Shown: piece after piece, positions 61,915 through 64,000 of the stretch
How the letters are laid out: every line of letters starts with the position of its first letter
How positions within the stretch are numbered: position 1 is the first letter of the stretch
Source: Sminthopsis crassicaudata
Taxonomy: Eukaryota
Assembly (NCBI RefSeq): GCF_048593235.1
Contig: NC_133619.1
Span: 79,684,454-79,748,453, forward strand
DNA length: 64,000 nt
Direction of reading: 5' to 3'
Notes under the pieces: model-generated
The model's input: only the letters and a program-made list of their open reading frames with translations
Told to the model about the DNA's origin: nothing
Databases searched by the model: none
Program-made: the position numbers and the translations under genes

Positions 61915-63879
61915 GAGAGAGATTTTAGGTTCTTTAGGAAGACAAATTACCTCCAGGCAGATTTCTTCCTGACTAAGAATACAGAAATGTTGGAGACCTT
62001 CTTCTATGCTACTTAAATGCCCAGGGGCTTTCTCAAGGTGCCAAGTTAGGAAGTTATATTGAAATCAGAATCAGAGTAAGGAAAAAATTCCAAACAGAAG
62101 ATGATTGGAAAATTGCAACAGCCAAAAAAAAATCTTATTTTCCGATCCTTGGCTGAGAAGGGAAAAAATAAGAGCAAGATTTTGAAGCAAACATTACATC
62201 TTTAATGATTTATGGCCATATAGCAGAATTCCTGAGGGTTTGCAAACCTTCTTATTCTAGGCCTCCCATTACACTTACCTGGTACAAATATTTCTCAGAC
62301 AAATTTCTAGGGATATTCTATCTCCTATGTTCCTCTTCTTTTTCTTGCAAATTTGGCATTAATATGTATTCTTTTTAGATATATACCTAAGCTTATTATA
62401 GGAGTAGCCTGGAATAATGGTACCACCTATCGCTGATTAAATATTTTCTTTCCATTTGGCAAATAGAACATAAGGAAGAAATTGGGTCCTTAAAGTGGCT
62501 TTTGAGATTGATTGAAAGATTGACTTGACAAAGAATCTTCTAAAATTTTGTTTTCTGTGTTGTTTCTCTCCAGGGTCCTAGAATAATTTGTAATTCAAAC
62601 TTGGAAAGAATACTGTGCTATTTCCTTTAGACTTATTTCTTCCACATGTAAAGTCTAGTAATTAAAACACCTCATCTGCTTTTAGAGCTCCAGCAGAAGG
62701 AAAAAAAATAGCTAAGAATTGCTGATTGAATCCATATTCCCTCCCAATCTTCCAGTAATTTAATTTGATGGGGAAAAAAGTTATTTACAGTAATGACTGA
62801 TGATTTTGCATACAGATGGCTTTTGCAAGTAAATCTAGCTTTATTTAAATTTGCAAACAAATCACCACCAACATATAATCCTCACCCCTTGTATTCTGTA
62901 TCAGTTATATGTTACTTGAGAAGAAGTGAAGATTTCATGTAAATGGTAGTTCACCTGGGGGATATTATTCATGATGGGTAAAGAATGATCAATAAATGCA
63001 ATAATGTAGTCCAATATAAAGCTTTAGGAATTCAATAGCCTCTTGATTCCCAATGTCTTTGCCTGTCCACTTGTGATAGGAGTTTGATTCAATTAGTGAG
63101 AAACTTGTAATTATGATTAGAAGAGAAAATTCAATTCCATTTAACCTAACTTGTATTTATTTTATGATGTTTACCACATGCATCAAAGTAAAACTCTTTA
63201 AGAAATGCTATTTTAATTGAGCTAGTAAGAATCCCGAACCCTATGGGAGATTTTATGGGACAACTTTGCTTGTCTTATATGATATCAACTTCCATAAAAG
63301 TTAGAAATGTGCCATTAAACATCCCTGCCTTCCCCTTGATAGTGATATTTCTTTATTATGCAGCCCAGCCAATTTTTAGCTCTATTTTTAATTCTCAGGA
63401 CTTTGGGTATTTGTTGTTCCAGCAAAGTGTCAAATCATAACTATCCTTCTAAACAATTAGCTAGTGATAACAAGCATAATAAAGATTAGCTCAGGCACAG
63501 AACCTCTCTGATAGCACACACTAATGTGGAGAACCTAAGGAGCCTGGTTTCAGGAAAGTTGTGATGATGGTAATGAAAGTATCTTTGATTGGACAAGAAG
63601 TGCTTCCTGACATCCTGCCTGAATTGGAGTCTTTCTTATTTCTATCCATTGTGCCTAATTTTGCCATCTGTGGTCAAACAGGACAATTCAATTTGCAGAT
63701 ATTGCAAATGATGTGTACTATTAACTTCAAATGATGTGTATGTGGTGTAAATTCAAGGACTTTCAATTTACCATATGGATTATCCTTCTCTTGACCTTTT
63801 CCAGCTTATCAATGTCCTTTCTAAGAGAAAGTGTTCCAAATTGACTTTTGTATCAAAACTTGATCCTGCCATTATTTTG

Positions 63880-63970
63880 GACAAATCATCTTTGTTTCTC
63901 ATTTTCTTCCTTTATAAAATGTAGAGTTTGAACCGATGGTTCTCTAAGGTCCCTCACAGTTCTAAAACTA
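63880..63970 (+). mobile_element. MIR3-type SINE 3' end
   Basis: ttttcttcctttataaaatg..gatggttctctaaggtccct..agttctaaaa. Confidence 0.6.
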
Positions 63971-64000
63971 AGACTTTACAGGAATATATAGCAGGGATCT

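Noticed and set aside
62273-62282. ACTTACCTGG, matching the U1 snRNA 5' end
   Set aside because: This is simply the complement of a consensus donor; no further U1 similarity.
1-64000. CRISPR arrays, prokaryotic operons, tRNA/rRNA genes, NUMTs, intact ERV internal genes
   Set aside because: No spaced direct-repeat arrays, no long ORFs and no recognisable structural-RNA or mitochondrial sequence; tRNA-like segments are SINE heads only.

Overview
Mammalian nuclear DNA, almost certainly marsupial and probably dasyurid-like. The evidence is the MAR1 and WSINE1-type CORE-SINEs, RTE LINEs and marsupial-type L1 3' ends; it is AT-rich and CpG-depleted, with three N gaps. Most of the window is layered, decayed retroposons (L1, L2, CR1/L3, RTE, MIR/MAR1/WSINE1, solo LTRs, hAT-Charlie MITEs) plus one full-length 7SL RNA retrocopy. 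The main non-repeat landmark is a CpG island at about 36.2-37.4 kb with a minus-strand ATG-AAT-TTT followed by a splice donor. This looks like the first exon of a minus-strand gene running toward lower coordinates. Several other candidate minus-strand exons or promoters (44.0, 23.1-23.3, 16.0, 13.7, 9.0 and 2.6 kb) could belong to the same transcription unit, but I could not identify the gene and all exon calls are unverified predictions. I found no long recognisable host CDS, tRNA, rRNA or CRISPR array, and no demonstrably new biological system. The best leads are a possible frame-switching tandem donor and a diverged, possibly structured ~170-bp duplicated element. Repeat family names come from my recollection of consensus sequences, repeat boundaries are approximate (tens of bp), and alignments and folds were done by eye.
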